From Candidatus Nanohaloarchaea archaeon (GTDB lineage Archaea > Nanohalarchaeota > Nanosalinia > Nanosalinales > Nanosalinaceae): DNA of 64,000 nt. This document shows positions 47,162 through 56,437 of this stretch, piece after piece. Positions within the stretch are counted from its first letter, which is position 1. The number at the start of each line of letters is the position of its first letter. The translations under genes were made by a program, and so were the position numbers. The notes under the pieces were generated by a model. The model was not told where the DNA came from. It searched no databases and was given only the letters and a program-made list of their open reading frames with translations. The stretch is from the NCBI GenBank assembly GCA_042218075.1, contig JBDGRK010000009.1, positions 18,136 to 82,135 on the forward strand, in the 5' to 3' direction.

Positions 47162-47919
47162 AAGTCGAGAAGCTTGGTGAAGGTGAACCCGAGATAGCTA
47201 TAAGCTATTTAATCCATGGCAATGAACCGTGTGGTTACCATGCCCTCCAGAGAATCAAGAGAGAATACAGTAACTTCAATAAGCCGGTCAAGCTTGTGCT
47301 CGCCAATGAGAAAGCCTTCAGGAAAGGCGAAAAATGTATAGATGAAGATCTCAACAGGTGCCTGAGAAACCCGGAAGGCGAGACTCACGAGCAGAAGGTG
47401 GCGAAAGATCTGAAGAGAGAGCTCGAGGGCCTTAAGGTTCTGGACTTGCATTCTTCCTATTCTTATCCTGAGCCATTCTCAATCATGACTGAGAATGACA
47501 GAGAATCAAGAAAGCTAGCCACGAAAGTCGATGCAGGTAAATGCGTAGACCTTAGCCAGGTCTACAGTTCACAGATGGAAAACTGTACAAGAGTCGCAGC
47601 TGAATGCGGTCATCTGGGATCGGAAAAAGCCATAAGAAACGCCTACAGGATAACAGTGAACTTCCTTAAAGCAGAGGGAGCTTTAGAAGGAGGTTTCGAA
47701 TCAGGGGAGCCTGAGGTCTTCAGGGCAACCGACAGCGTTGAAGGTTCAGGATACCAGTTCCAGGCCCAGAACTTCAGAAGAGTTGAGAAAGGAGAAATCT
47801 ATGCATTTAAAGAAGGAGAAGATCGTAGGGCGGAGGAGGATTTCTATCCTGTACTGATGTCAACCAACGGTTACGAAGACATGATAGGTTTCAAAGCAGA
47901 GAAGCTTGATCCCTACTAG
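47158..47919 (+). CDS. Succinylglutamate desuccinylase/aspartoacylase (M14-like) protein
   Basis: IHGNEPCG, DLNR, LDLHS and ECG motifs. Confidence 0.88.
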   Translation: MKVEKLGEGEPEIAISYLIHGNEPCGYHALQRIKREYSNFNKPVKLVLANEKAFRKGEKCIDEDLNRCLRNPEGETHEQKVAKDLKRELEGLKVLDLHSSYSYPEPFSIMTENDRESRKLATKVDAGKCVDLSQVYSSQMENCTRVAAECGHLGSEKAIRNAYRITVNFLKAEGALEGGFESGEPEVFRATDSVEGSGYQFQAQNFRRVEKGEIYAFKEGEDRRAEEDFYPVLMSTNGYEDMIGFKAEKLDPY

Positions 47920-47975
47920 ATTCCTGTATCTGTGAGAAATTAAATAAAAAAACCGAGATGCTTCATAGCCTAACT

Positions 47976-48048
47976 TCAGTAGTTCTTTGCGAAACATCTC
48001 TGCGAGATGGTTTCTCAGAAAAATTACACGTCAGTAATTTTTCGCGAA
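47976..48048 (-). repeat. Duplicated proS 3' end (FAKNY*) bracketing a 55-bp double-hairpin insert
   Basis: TTC GCG AAA AAT TAC TGA (48031-48048) and TTC GCA AAG AAC TAC TGA (47976-47993). Confidence 0.8.
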
Positions 48049-49503
48049 ATAGGCCCATCTCTTTGCTTCTTCCCCGCAGACTGCGCATTCTCCTTCAATC
48101 TTTTCTTCTTCATCCTGGATGGTTTCCGGCTTCGAGTTTTCGCGGAACGGGAGGATCACGATCTCGGCAGCGACCTCATCCTTGATCTCAGATTCACATT
48201 CCTCGTCCCCACACCACCTGCACCTGACGTAGCCTCGATTCTTTCCTATGGTGGCGAGTATCTCCTCCTTTGATTCCGCCTCCCGGATATTTGCTTCAAG
48301 GTAATCCGCAAGTGTGTTGTAGAGCGAATCCTGGATTGAACCAAGCAGGGAATCGACCTTCGGCCTCAGAGCCTCGTCGCTGAAGCTTTTCTTCTCGCCG
48401 TTGTCTCTCCTGACAGATGTAACTTCGCCATCTTCAACTTCATCAGGACCGATCTCCAGTCTCAGGGGAACGCCCTTGAGCTCCCACTCGTTGAACTTGT
48501 AGCCAGGAGTTCTATGATCTCTGTCATCCAGCTCAACTCTGAAGTCTTCCTCCAGATCTTCTCTAACCCGCTCCGCGTACTCGATCACTTCTGACCGGTT
48601 CTCCTCCTGGTAGATCGGCACGATCACCACCTGCACCGGTGCGATCGAGGGAGGAAGTCTCAAGCCATGATCGTCGCCATGGGCCATTATCAGTGCTCCA
48701 ATAGTTCTCCACGAAAGCCCCCAGCTGGTTGTCCACGCTGTTTTCTTTTCACCTTCTTCGTCCTCGAATTCTATACCGAACGCGCTGGAGAAGTGCTGGC
48801 CCAGGTTGTGGGAGGTGGCAGACTGTATGGATTTGCCGTCCGGCATCAGCGTTTCAATCGTGGTCGTGTATTTTGCTCCCGGGAACTTGTCGTGTTCAGG
48901 CTTGTATCCCAGGATAGAAGGTATTGCAAGATGATCCTCAACAATCTCCTGGTACTGCTCCAGTCTGAGCATTACCTCCCCATCAGCTGACTCCTCAGTG
49001 GCGTGAGCTGTGTGTCCCTCCTGCCACAGAAACTCTCTGGTGCGGAGGAAAGGCCTCGTCTGCGTTGCCTCCCATCTCACCACGTTTGCCCACTGGTTCA
49101 GTCTTAATGGGAGATCCCTGTGGGACCTGATCCAGTCACTCATCTTGTCCGCGATCACAAGCTCCGAGGTGGGCCTGACCGCCACCCTCTCATCCAGCTC
49201 ATCACTACCTCCATGGGTCACCCACGCCACCTCTGGATCGAATCCCTCTACAATCTCGTTCTCCTTCTCGAAGAAGGATTCAGGTATGAAAAGAGGAAAA
49301 TAGGCGTTTTCAACACCTGTCTCCTTTATCTTTTCGTCAAACTCATCCTTTATCGACTCCCAGAGCTTCATGCCGTAGGGCTTGAGTATCACGCTTCCCT
49401 TTACCGATGAGTGTTCCGCGAGTCCAGCCTTCCTTACAACTTCGGAGTACCATTCCCCGGGTTTCCTCTGCTTGTCAACTGTCACTCCCAGCTGCTGGGT
49501 CAT
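48031..49503 (-). CDS. proS: Prolyl-tRNA synthetase (archaeal/eukaryotic type)
   Basis: VRPTSE, PFLRTREFLWQEGH and SHNLGQHF motifs; C-terminal FAKNY. Confidence 0.98.
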   Translation of the reverse strand: MTQQLGVTVDKQRKPGEWYSEVVRKAGLAEHSSVKGSVILKPYGMKLWESIKDEFDEKIKETGVENAYFPLFIPESFFEKENEIVEGFDPEVAWVTHGGSDELDERVAVRPTSELVIADKMSDWIRSHRDLPLRLNQWANVVRWEATQTRPFLRTREFLWQEGHTAHATEESADGEVMLRLEQYQEIVEDHLAIPSILGYKPEHDKFPGAKYTTTIETLMPDGKSIQSATSHNLGQHFSSAFGIEFEDEEGEKKTAWTTSWGLSWRTIGALIMAHGDDHGLRLPPSIAPVQVVIVPIYQEENRSEVIEYAERVREDLEEDFRVELDDRDHRTPGYKFNEWELKGVPLRLEIGPDEVEDGEVTSVRRDNGEKKSFSDEALRPKVDSLLGSIQDSLYNTLADYLEANIREAESKEEILATIGKNRGYVRCRWCGDEECESEIKDEVAAEIVILPFRENSKPETIQDEEEKIEGECAVCGEEAKRWAYFAKNY

Positions 49504-49586
49504 GTAGAAAACTCAACCCACAATTCTTAACTTTCTTTTTCGGTGATTCGCAAAACTGTTTAAACAAGCCCCTACAATTCCAGATT

Positions 49587-50135
49587 ATGGCCGAAAAAAA
49601 TCCGGAGTGTCCCGAGTGCGGCAAGAGCTTTACCTCGCAGAAATACCTTAAGAAGCATATAGACGCGGAGCATGGAGGTGAAGCGCTGGAAGTTCCGGAT
49701 GAGAATGGTATTGGAATGGAGTTTCCTGACGGTGAATTCGCGCTTGGAGTAATGACAGGGGTAGTGGTCGCGGTTCTGCTGCTGGGAGTTTACTCGGTGG
49801 GAGGAGATTACCTTAGATCACAGCCATTTGAGGTTACGGTCGTGACGTGTGACTCCTGCAACTATTCAGACTTCAGGAAAACGACAAACGAGCTATTCAA
49901 CGTGAAGTACAGGCAGGTGGATTACAGGTCGGAAAAGGGTCAGAGGCTGATAGAAAAGTACAACCTCTACTACGTGCCCGGTTTTATCTTTGACAAGGAA
50001 GTCAGGAACAGGGAGAACTTCACCATGGTTAAATCAGTTCTTGTCGAGTTTGAGGACGCGTACGTTCTGCCGGATAAAGGCAATAGAGCGGCTCAGAGAA
50101 TGAGCCGGGGAAAGAGCCTTCAACCTCAGGGATAA
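49587..50135 (+). CDS. C2H2 zinc finger + TM + thioredoxin-like membrane protein
   Basis: CPECGKSF...HIDAEH, a TM helix, CDSC and YVPGFIF. Confidence 0.7.
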   Translation: MAEKNPECPECGKSFTSQKYLKKHIDAEHGGEALEVPDENGIGMEFPDGEFALGVMTGVVVAVLLLGVYSVGGDYLRSQPFEVTVVTCDSCNYSDFRKTTNELFNVKYRQVDYRSEKGQRLIEKYNLYYVPGFIFDKEVRNRENFTMVKSVLVEFEDAYVLPDKGNRAAQRMSRGKSLQPQG

Positions 50136-50163
50136 AAGCTTCAGTTTTCCATACCAACCGTAG

Positions 50164-51330
50164 ATGAAGATTTCTGTAATAAGCGACACCCACTTCGGCT
50201 ACAAGTGGAACGAGGAAAGAGGAAGAGACGCGTTCAGGAATGCCAGGGAGGCGTTTGAAAGAAGCCAGGATTCCGATCTCATAATAATGCCCGGCGACGT
50301 CTTCGATCGTAAGATACCCAAGCAGGAGGTTCTCGATGAAGCCACCGATGTGTTTTCACTAGCGATGGAGGGAGAGAGGAGAGTGGAAACGGAAGACTCT
50401 CTGGACATACATGGCGACGGCACCCCTGTTCTAGCGATACATGGAACCCATGAGAGAAGGCCACGGGAGTACACCAACCCAATCGAGCTGATGGACAGGG
50501 CTGGTCTGCTCGAACATTTAGACAACCAGAGAAAAGTTTTCAAGAAAAACGGTGAAAAAGTCGCAGTTTTCGGTCTGAGCGGAGTACCGGAGCGTTACGC
50601 GAAGAAGGCGCTGGAGAAACTTGATCCGGAACCCGTTGAAGATGCGTTCAATATACTGGTGCTGCACCAGTCGGTAGAAGGATTCGTCTATACCCCCGAA
50701 GAAGACTATCTCAGTCTGGAAGACTTTCCGGAGGGTTTCGACCTGATAGTTAACGGCCACATCCACTGGTACAACCTTGAAAGATTCGGGGACTCTATCC
50801 CATTCATTCTGCCAGGCTCCACCATAACGACACAGATGAACAAGGTCGAGGCGGAAAAGCAGAAGGGATTCCTGAAGCTGGACACGCAGGAAGAGCAGCT
50901 TGAATTCTGCGAGCTTGAAAGCGCGAGAGAGGTTCACTACGTGGAAATAGAAGTAGATGGGGAACCCTGGTCCGAGGTGAAGAAAAAAGCGGTAGACAGA
51001 CTTGAGGAAATCAACCCGGACAGAAAGCCGCTGGTGAACCTGAAGATAGATGGCGAGACCGAAGGACGTGTAAACCCGAGGGAACTCAGGAAAAGGTTCA
51101 GGGACCGGATCTTCCTGAACATCAACACCTCAATAGACTCGATATCGCCCGAAAATACCCAAAAATCGTTTGAAGAGGAAAGCGATCCCTGGCAGGAGGG
51201 GAAGAAGATACTGGCGGAGAAAGTTAATTCAGATCTTGAAGTCGAGGATGAGCTGCTTGAAATACTGGAGAAAGGAAAGCCTGAAGAGGCTGTTGAGCTT
51301 CTGAAGAAAGAGGTGAAAGATCAGGAGTGA
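50164..51330 (+). CDS. mre11: DNA double-strand break repair nuclease Mre11
   Basis: SDTHFG, GDVFD, IHGTHE, LHQ, GHIH and PGS motifs. Confidence 0.93.
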   Translation: MKISVISDTHFGYKWNEERGRDAFRNAREAFERSQDSDLIIMPGDVFDRKIPKQEVLDEATDVFSLAMEGERRVETEDSLDIHGDGTPVLAIHGTHERRPREYTNPIELMDRAGLLEHLDNQRKVFKKNGEKVAVFGLSGVPERYAKKALEKLDPEPVEDAFNILVLHQSVEGFVYTPEEDYLSLEDFPEGFDLIVNGHIHWYNLERFGDSIPFILPGSTITTQMNKVEAEKQKGFLKLDTQEEQLEFCELESAREVHYVEIEVDGEPWSEVKKKAVDRLEEINPDRKPLVNLKIDGETEGRVNPRELRKRFRDRIFLNINTSIDSISPENTQKSFEEESDPWQEGKKILAEKVNSDLEVEDELLEILEKGKPEEAVELLKKEVKDQE

Positions 51331-53591
51331 TTGAAAGGATAGAACTGGAGAACTGGAAATCACACCACCAGACAGAGTTCGAATTCAGCGGAGGGGTTAA
51401 CGTCCTGGTGGGAACCATGGGATCGGGAAAATCATCGGTTCTGGAGGCCATTACATTCGCGTTCTACGGAACAACACCCGCCCATAACTCCAGGGATGTA
51501 AAGCTTGACGACCTGGTAAGGAGAAGTCCTTCGAGCGCGGAGATGGCAAGGGTGAAGCTGGATTTCAGTGTTGAAGGAGAGAAATACTCGGTGGAGAGGA
51601 AAATAGAGAGAGGCAAGGGAACGAAGAAAAGCGAGTTGAGAAGGGATGGAGAACTTATTGAGGCTCCCTCGACAACCGAAGTCACGGAACAGGTTGAGAA
51701 AATCCTCGGTCTGGATTTCAAGGCATTCTCGAGAGCTATCTACTCCGAGCAGAACAATCTCGACCTTTTCCTGAACATGAGACCGGGGGAGAGAAAGAAG
51801 AGGATAGACGAACTGCTGGATATAGACAGGTTCGAGGAGGCCAGGAAGAACGTAGTTAAGGCAGAGAACGACCTGAAAAAGGAAATGGACAGGAAACAGG
51901 AGCAGCTCGGCGAGCTAGAAGAGGAGATCGAGGAAGAGGATATCGAAGAGCTGAGTAAGGAAGTCGGTGAAGGAGAAGAAAGGATCGAGCGACTGGAAGA
52001 AGAACTGGAGGAGGGCAGACAAAGCCTCGAAGAGAAAAAAGAGGTGATGCAGGAATTACAGGAAAAGAAACAGAAGGCAGAAAAGCTGGAGGAAAAAAAG
52101 ACAAAAATCGGCGCCAGGATCGAGTCCATCGAAGAAAGGATAGAGAAATCCGAGCAGAAGCTTGAAGACTATGATGAACCGGGAGAAAGACTTGAGGAGG
52201 TCAGGAAAGAAAAACAGGAGCTAGAGCAAAAAAAGGAGAGGCTCCGTGAGCTTTCGGAAAAGAAAAAGCATCTTGATGGACAGTTGGAAAAGCTTGAGTC
52301 GGAAATTGAAGAATTTGAGCAGCAGAAACAGAAATACGAGAGGATAGACGAAGTGGAGCAGAAGCTTGAGGACCTGGAAAAAGAAATTGAGGAAATCAAG
52401 CAGAAAGGTAACTACAGGCACACGGAAAGGAAGAACCTTGAGGAGAGCCTTGAGACACTGGAGGATTCAGAGGGGGAGTGCCCGACCTGCGGCAAAGAGA
52501 TGGACAGAGAACACCGCGAGGAGCTTATTGAGGAGAGAAGAAAGAGGATTGAGAAGCTGAAGCAAGAGGAGAACAGTCTCAGGCAGAAGCTGGAGCACAA
52601 ACAGGAGAAGAAAGAGAGTTTAGAGCAGAAGAGGGACGAATTGATGGAATACAGGTCTTCAGCGGAGAAGCTTGAGCAGAGCAGAGAAAAACTTCAGCAG
52701 AAGAAAGAGGATCTGGAAAGGACGAACGAGAGAATAGAGCAACTGGAAGAAGAAGTTTCCGGCGAAGAATTTGAAAGTCTGGAAGCCGAGATAGAAGATC
52801 TGGAGTACTGGGAGCAGAAGAAAGAGCTTGAACAGAAGAGACAAGAACTCGGGGAAACCATGGAAGTGACTGAGAAGAAGCTTGAAGCAATTGATTTCGA
52901 TCCAGAAAAGCTGGAAACATTGAGGGATGAGATATCAGATGTTGAGAAAAAGTTGGCGGAGAGTGAGCAGAAGCTGGAGTCGCAAAAGGAAATAATAGGG
53001 GAGAAAAAGAAGAGGCTAGAACAGTACAGGAAACAGCTTGATAAAAGGAGAGAGCTGGAAGAAGATGTAGAGAAGCTGGACCTCGTACTGGATTACATCG
53101 AAAGCTACAGTTCCGCCCTGATCGAGACACAGGTGGAGCTAAGGCAGAAGTTCGTTGAGAGACTTAACAGCCTGATGGACAGCATTTGGGGACAGCTGTA
53201 TCCCTACGACGATTATTACTCGATAAGAATTAATGCCGGCGAAGACTATCTTGTAGAAGTGCTCGATTCGGAGAACAACTGGATATCCGCGGAGGCAGAG
53301 GTTTCAGGAGGCGAGAGACACTCCGCTGCACTTGTGCTGAGGCTCGGTCTGAGCTTCATTCTTTCCCCAAGTCTTGAAATCCTGATGCTGGACGAGCCAA
53401 CCCACAACATGGACTCTTCAGCGGTTGAAGAACTGGCGGAGACATTGCGGGAGAACTCCTCCAATCTTGTTGAACAGCTTTTCCTTGTAACACATGATCC
53501 ATCGCTAGAATCAGCTGCTACAGCTAAGCTTTACCGTTTCGAAAAGAAAAACACTGAGACAGGTCTTACAAAAGTCGATGAAGTTACCTGA
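51327..53591 (+). CDS. rad50: DNA double-strand break repair ATPase Rad50
   Basis: GTMGSGKSS, CPTCG zinc hook, VSGGE, LDEPT and VTHD motifs. Confidence 0.95.
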   Translation: MIERIELENWKSHHQTEFEFSGGVNVLVGTMGSGKSSVLEAITFAFYGTTPAHNSRDVKLDDLVRRSPSSAEMARVKLDFSVEGEKYSVERKIERGKGTKKSELRRDGELIEAPSTTEVTEQVEKILGLDFKAFSRAIYSEQNNLDLFLNMRPGERKKRIDELLDIDRFEEARKNVVKAENDLKKEMDRKQEQLGELEEEIEEEDIEELSKEVGEGEERIERLEEELEEGRQSLEEKKEVMQELQEKKQKAEKLEEKKTKIGARIESIEERIEKSEQKLEDYDEPGERLEEVRKEKQELEQKKERLRELSEKKKHLDGQLEKLESEIEEFEQQKQKYERIDEVEQKLEDLEKEIEEIKQKGNYRHTERKNLEESLETLEDSEGECPTCGKEMDREHREELIEERRKRIEKLKQEENSLRQKLEHKQEKKESLEQKRDELMEYRSSAEKLEQSREKLQQKKEDLERTNERIEQLEEEVSGEEFESLEAEIEDLEYWEQKKELEQKRQELGETMEVTEKKLEAIDFDPEKLETLRDEISDVEKKLAESEQKLESQKEIIGEKKKRLEQYRKQLDKRRELEEDVEKLDLVLDYIESYSSALIETQVELRQKFVERLNSLMDSIWGQLYPYDDYYSIRINAGEDYLVEVLDSENNWISAEAEVSGGERHSAALVLRLGLSFILSPSLEILMLDEPTHNMDSSAVEELAETLRENSSNLVEQLFLVTHDPSLESAATAKLYRFEKKNTETGLTKVDEVT

Positions 53592-53640
53592 TCAGTTATA
53601 GCAATCTTAAGACTCAAGTTATGCGTTACAGGTAGTGGAA

Positions 53641-55104
53641 TCACATGAACGCCTCCACGTCCTCCTCCATCTGCTCTTCCTGATTCCTCCACTCCTCCAG
53701 AGCTTCCTCCAGTGATTTGCCAGACTCTGATTCTCGCGACTTTCTCTGCCTGACATCGATGAAGGTCGGATGGTTTACAGCCTCCCCCATCACTATTGCC
53801 TCTCCAGTCTTGAGGCCGGGTATCTGGTCCTTCACGTCGGAGGTAATCCCCTCTGAAGACTGGGCGATATGCTCCAGGTCGTTCGGATTTGTCACCCTCA
53901 TTATCAGCTTGGTGTTGCACTGTGAGAGAGCGGTTGTGGAAAGCCTTACCGGCCTCTGTGAGATCAATCCTATCGAGGCGTGGAACTTCCTTCCCTCCCT
54001 CGCCATCTTCTCGATCACGTTTTTCGAAACTGCGGTCGAACCATCCGACTCCGGTGCAAAGTTGTGGGCTTCCTCCAAGAGATAGAGGAAAGGAGGGATA
54101 GAACCGTTTCTCCTCTGCCTAAAAAAATGTCTCCCGAAGAAAGCGGTGATCAGCTGCTTCTTCTTCCTGTTTATCATGCCGCTGAGATCAAGTATGTTAA
54201 GTTTGCCAGGCTCTATATCTTTCCCGGACGGAGAGTTCGTCTTACCGAAAAGTTTCATGGCTTTCATCTCCCTTATCTTGTCCAAGAGAACGTACCGTGT
54301 CTTGGCGTCCATCTCCTGCTCTTCTATCCTTTTCTCCAGCTCTTTCAGACCGTAGTCCGAGTTTTCGCCGCTCTCAAGCTCAGAGAACGCCTTCGCGACC
54401 TCTCTTCTCTGGGGTTCGGTCAGATCGAAGTATGCCTGGAGTTTCTCAGCGGACAGAGAGTTGACAGCAACCTGAATCTCGCTGTCCCTGAATACCCTGA
54501 CATCTTTCATGTAGCCTTCGTCCCCGGCGAAACATGTGTAATCACCGTGTGGATCCACCACCAGTATCGATGGCGAGTGATCCGCGTCCAGTAGCTCTTC
54601 AAGCAGCACGGAGGCGGTGTACGACTTTCCTGCTCCCGACTGAGCCAGTATTGCGAAATGTTTCTGGAGCGTATCAGTCATGTTCAACGAGGCCCCGACA
54701 TCCTGCTGCTGTACCGATCCCAGCTCGATACCTCCCTCTTCCAGCCCTAGAAATTTTCTGACTCTATCGGTTTCTGCCTTCCTGAGTTGATCACCTGGCG
54801 AGGGGGATGAATCCACCCTCTCAATCTTGTCATTCCTGAACTTGCCCATTATCACGGCCCTGCCCATCGAAACCTCCCAGTCCTCGACCGGGAACCTTTC
54901 ACTCATCTGCTCTCTTGAGACTTCGGAAACGCTTTCAGGATCATCGAAGTACTGGTTCGAGCGATGTACCTCAGATATTCTGGATATAACGGTTCCATTG
55001 TTCTCAAACTCCAGAAAGGCCCCCCTGCTGAGTTCCCCGCTGTGAACGAAGTAGAATTCCTCGGAGCTAGGAGTATCCTCTCTCTGGATTACAGTGGCTT
55101 CCAT
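53641..55104 (-). CDS. herA: HerA helicase/ATPase
   Basis: N-terminal HAS barrel, AQSGAGKS, DPHGDY, EEAHNF, REGRKF and SQRP motifs. Confidence 0.9.
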   Translation of the reverse strand: MEATVIQREDTPSSEEFYFVHSGELSRGAFLEFENNGTVISRISEVHRSNQYFDDPESVSEVSREQMSERFPVEDWEVSMGRAVIMGKFRNDKIERVDSSPSPGDQLRKAETDRVRKFLGLEEGGIELGSVQQQDVGASLNMTDTLQKHFAILAQSGAGKSYTASVLLEELLDADHSPSILVVDPHGDYTCFAGDEGYMKDVRVFRDSEIQVAVNSLSAEKLQAYFDLTEPQRREVAKAFSELESGENSDYGLKELEKRIEEQEMDAKTRYVLLDKIREMKAMKLFGKTNSPSGKDIEPGKLNILDLSGMINRKKKQLITAFFGRHFFRQRRNGSIPPFLYLLEEAHNFAPESDGSTAVSKNVIEKMAREGRKFHASIGLISQRPVRLSTTALSQCNTKLIMRVTNPNDLEHIAQSSEGITSDVKDQIPGLKTGEAIVMGEAVNHPTFIDVRQRKSRESESGKSLEEALEEWRNQEEQMEEDVEAFM

Positions 55105-55138
55105 GGATTCCTCTTGGGATGAAACTGATTTAACCCTT

Positions 55139-56437
55139 TCACATCCTGAAGAATAATACCAGGCCTGAAGCCATAAGCAGGAACAGAATCTGGATCATCT
55201 GGATACCGGGAACATCTCTCGCGACTTTCCTGCCCGGTTTCTGGGTCCTGTTCACTACCTCAATTTTCAGTGAGTCAGTTCCGAACTGGTCCGAATTCAC
55301 TCCATCCGCTACCACAGTCAGCTCGTTGTCGTCCAGCTTCTTCTTGGCCCCTCTTATGTTTATGTGGAAAGTCTTGGAGGAGTCCGCCGGGATTGAAACC
55401 TGGAAGCTCTTGCCACCTGTCTCTACGAACTCCGAGAAGCTTGAAGCAGGTGTATCGCCGTCTCCATCCTTTATGCTTACGCTGAAGCTTGTCTCTGCGT
55501 TCCTCACGTTTATTATTTCGACAGCCGCTCTTCTCGAGTCTCCCAGCGTCACAGTGATGTTATCCCTCTTGAAATTCACAGGCCAGTCGGAGAACCAGAC
55601 TCCGTTAAAGCACTCTATCTTCGGATTTCCTGAGACCGAGGTTATAGTTATCTGTTCGCCGGGCTCGAAGAGCTGCCTGTGATCTTTCTCGATCGGGTCT
55701 GGCAGATTGGTATCGTACTTTGAAGCCTGCTCGTCGAATATACAGCTTCCAGGCACCTCAGCAACACCCTGCACGGTTCTATCAGTATTACAGTACCGGG
55801 TGTCGCACTCCATCGTAACCAGATGTTCACCTCCATCGTCTCCGCCGCAAAATCCTACAGTTGCGATACTCTTGTTCGGGCTCCCGGTCTGCACCTCTGA
55901 ATCTCCCGCTACATCTTTATGCCCGTTATCTTCCAGGTACTGGTTCCAGTCGTCATCGATTCCTCCCGCTACCGATTCAGGGTGCTGGTCGATGTAGCTT
56001 GTGGGGAACCACCTTATTCCTTTTTTTCCGTATATGTTGTTGACTTTACATGTATCCTGGAAGCCATCTCCGTTCACATCCCCGTAGTCCTGGTCCCACC
56101 ATGCCCCGAAGTCGTCCTCCGTCCTCTTGAAACAGAATTCCTGGTCGTTTTTGAGCCTTCCAGCCTCCTCGTCTATCTCTTTCGCATTCCTGTACTCTCC
56201 CTGCTCATGGAATTCATCTCCATCATCACCCCGGTAAAGACATTGAGTCCTCGAATAAGTGCATCCATAGTCTCCATTAAACATAGCGCTCTCCCTGACC
56301 TCTCCAATCTCCTCCACCAGGAACTCGCTGGTATCATCCCCACATACGGGACCCTCAAGGAAAGGGCTCTGGGCTGAGACCTGTAAGCTGAAACCCGATA
56401 GTACCAGCACTGAAAGTATAGCAATCTTCAGCCTCAA
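55139..56437 (-). CDS. Cys-rich surface protein with PGF-CTERM-like anchor
   Basis: Signal peptide, CGDD..E modules, C-terminal VPGI + TM + basic residue. Confidence 0.75.
   Translation of the reverse strand: MRLKIAILSVLVLSGFSLQVSAQSPFLEGPVCGDDTSEFLVEEIGEVRESAMFNGDYGCTYSRTQCLYRGDDGDEFHEQGEYRNAKEIDEEAGRLKNDQEFCFKRTEDDFGAWWDQDYGDVNGDGFQDTCKVNNIYGKKGIRWFPTSYIDQHPESVAGGIDDDWNQYLEDNGHKDVAGDSEVQTGSPNKSIATVGFCGGDDGGEHLVTMECDTRYCNTDRTVQGVAEVPGSCIFDEQASKYDTNLPDPIEKDHRQLFEPGEQITITSVSGNPKIECFNGVWFSDWPVNFKRDNITVTLGDSRRAAVEIINVRNAETSFSVSIKDGDGDTPASSFSEFVETGGKSFQVSIPADSSKTFHINIRGAKKKLDDNELTVVADGVNSDQFGTDSLKIEVVNRTQKPGRKVARDVPGIQMIQILFLLMASGLVLFFRM

Noticed and set aside
51800-53100. GA-rich quasi-repeats
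   Set aside because: Explained by the Glu/Lys coiled coil of Rad50.
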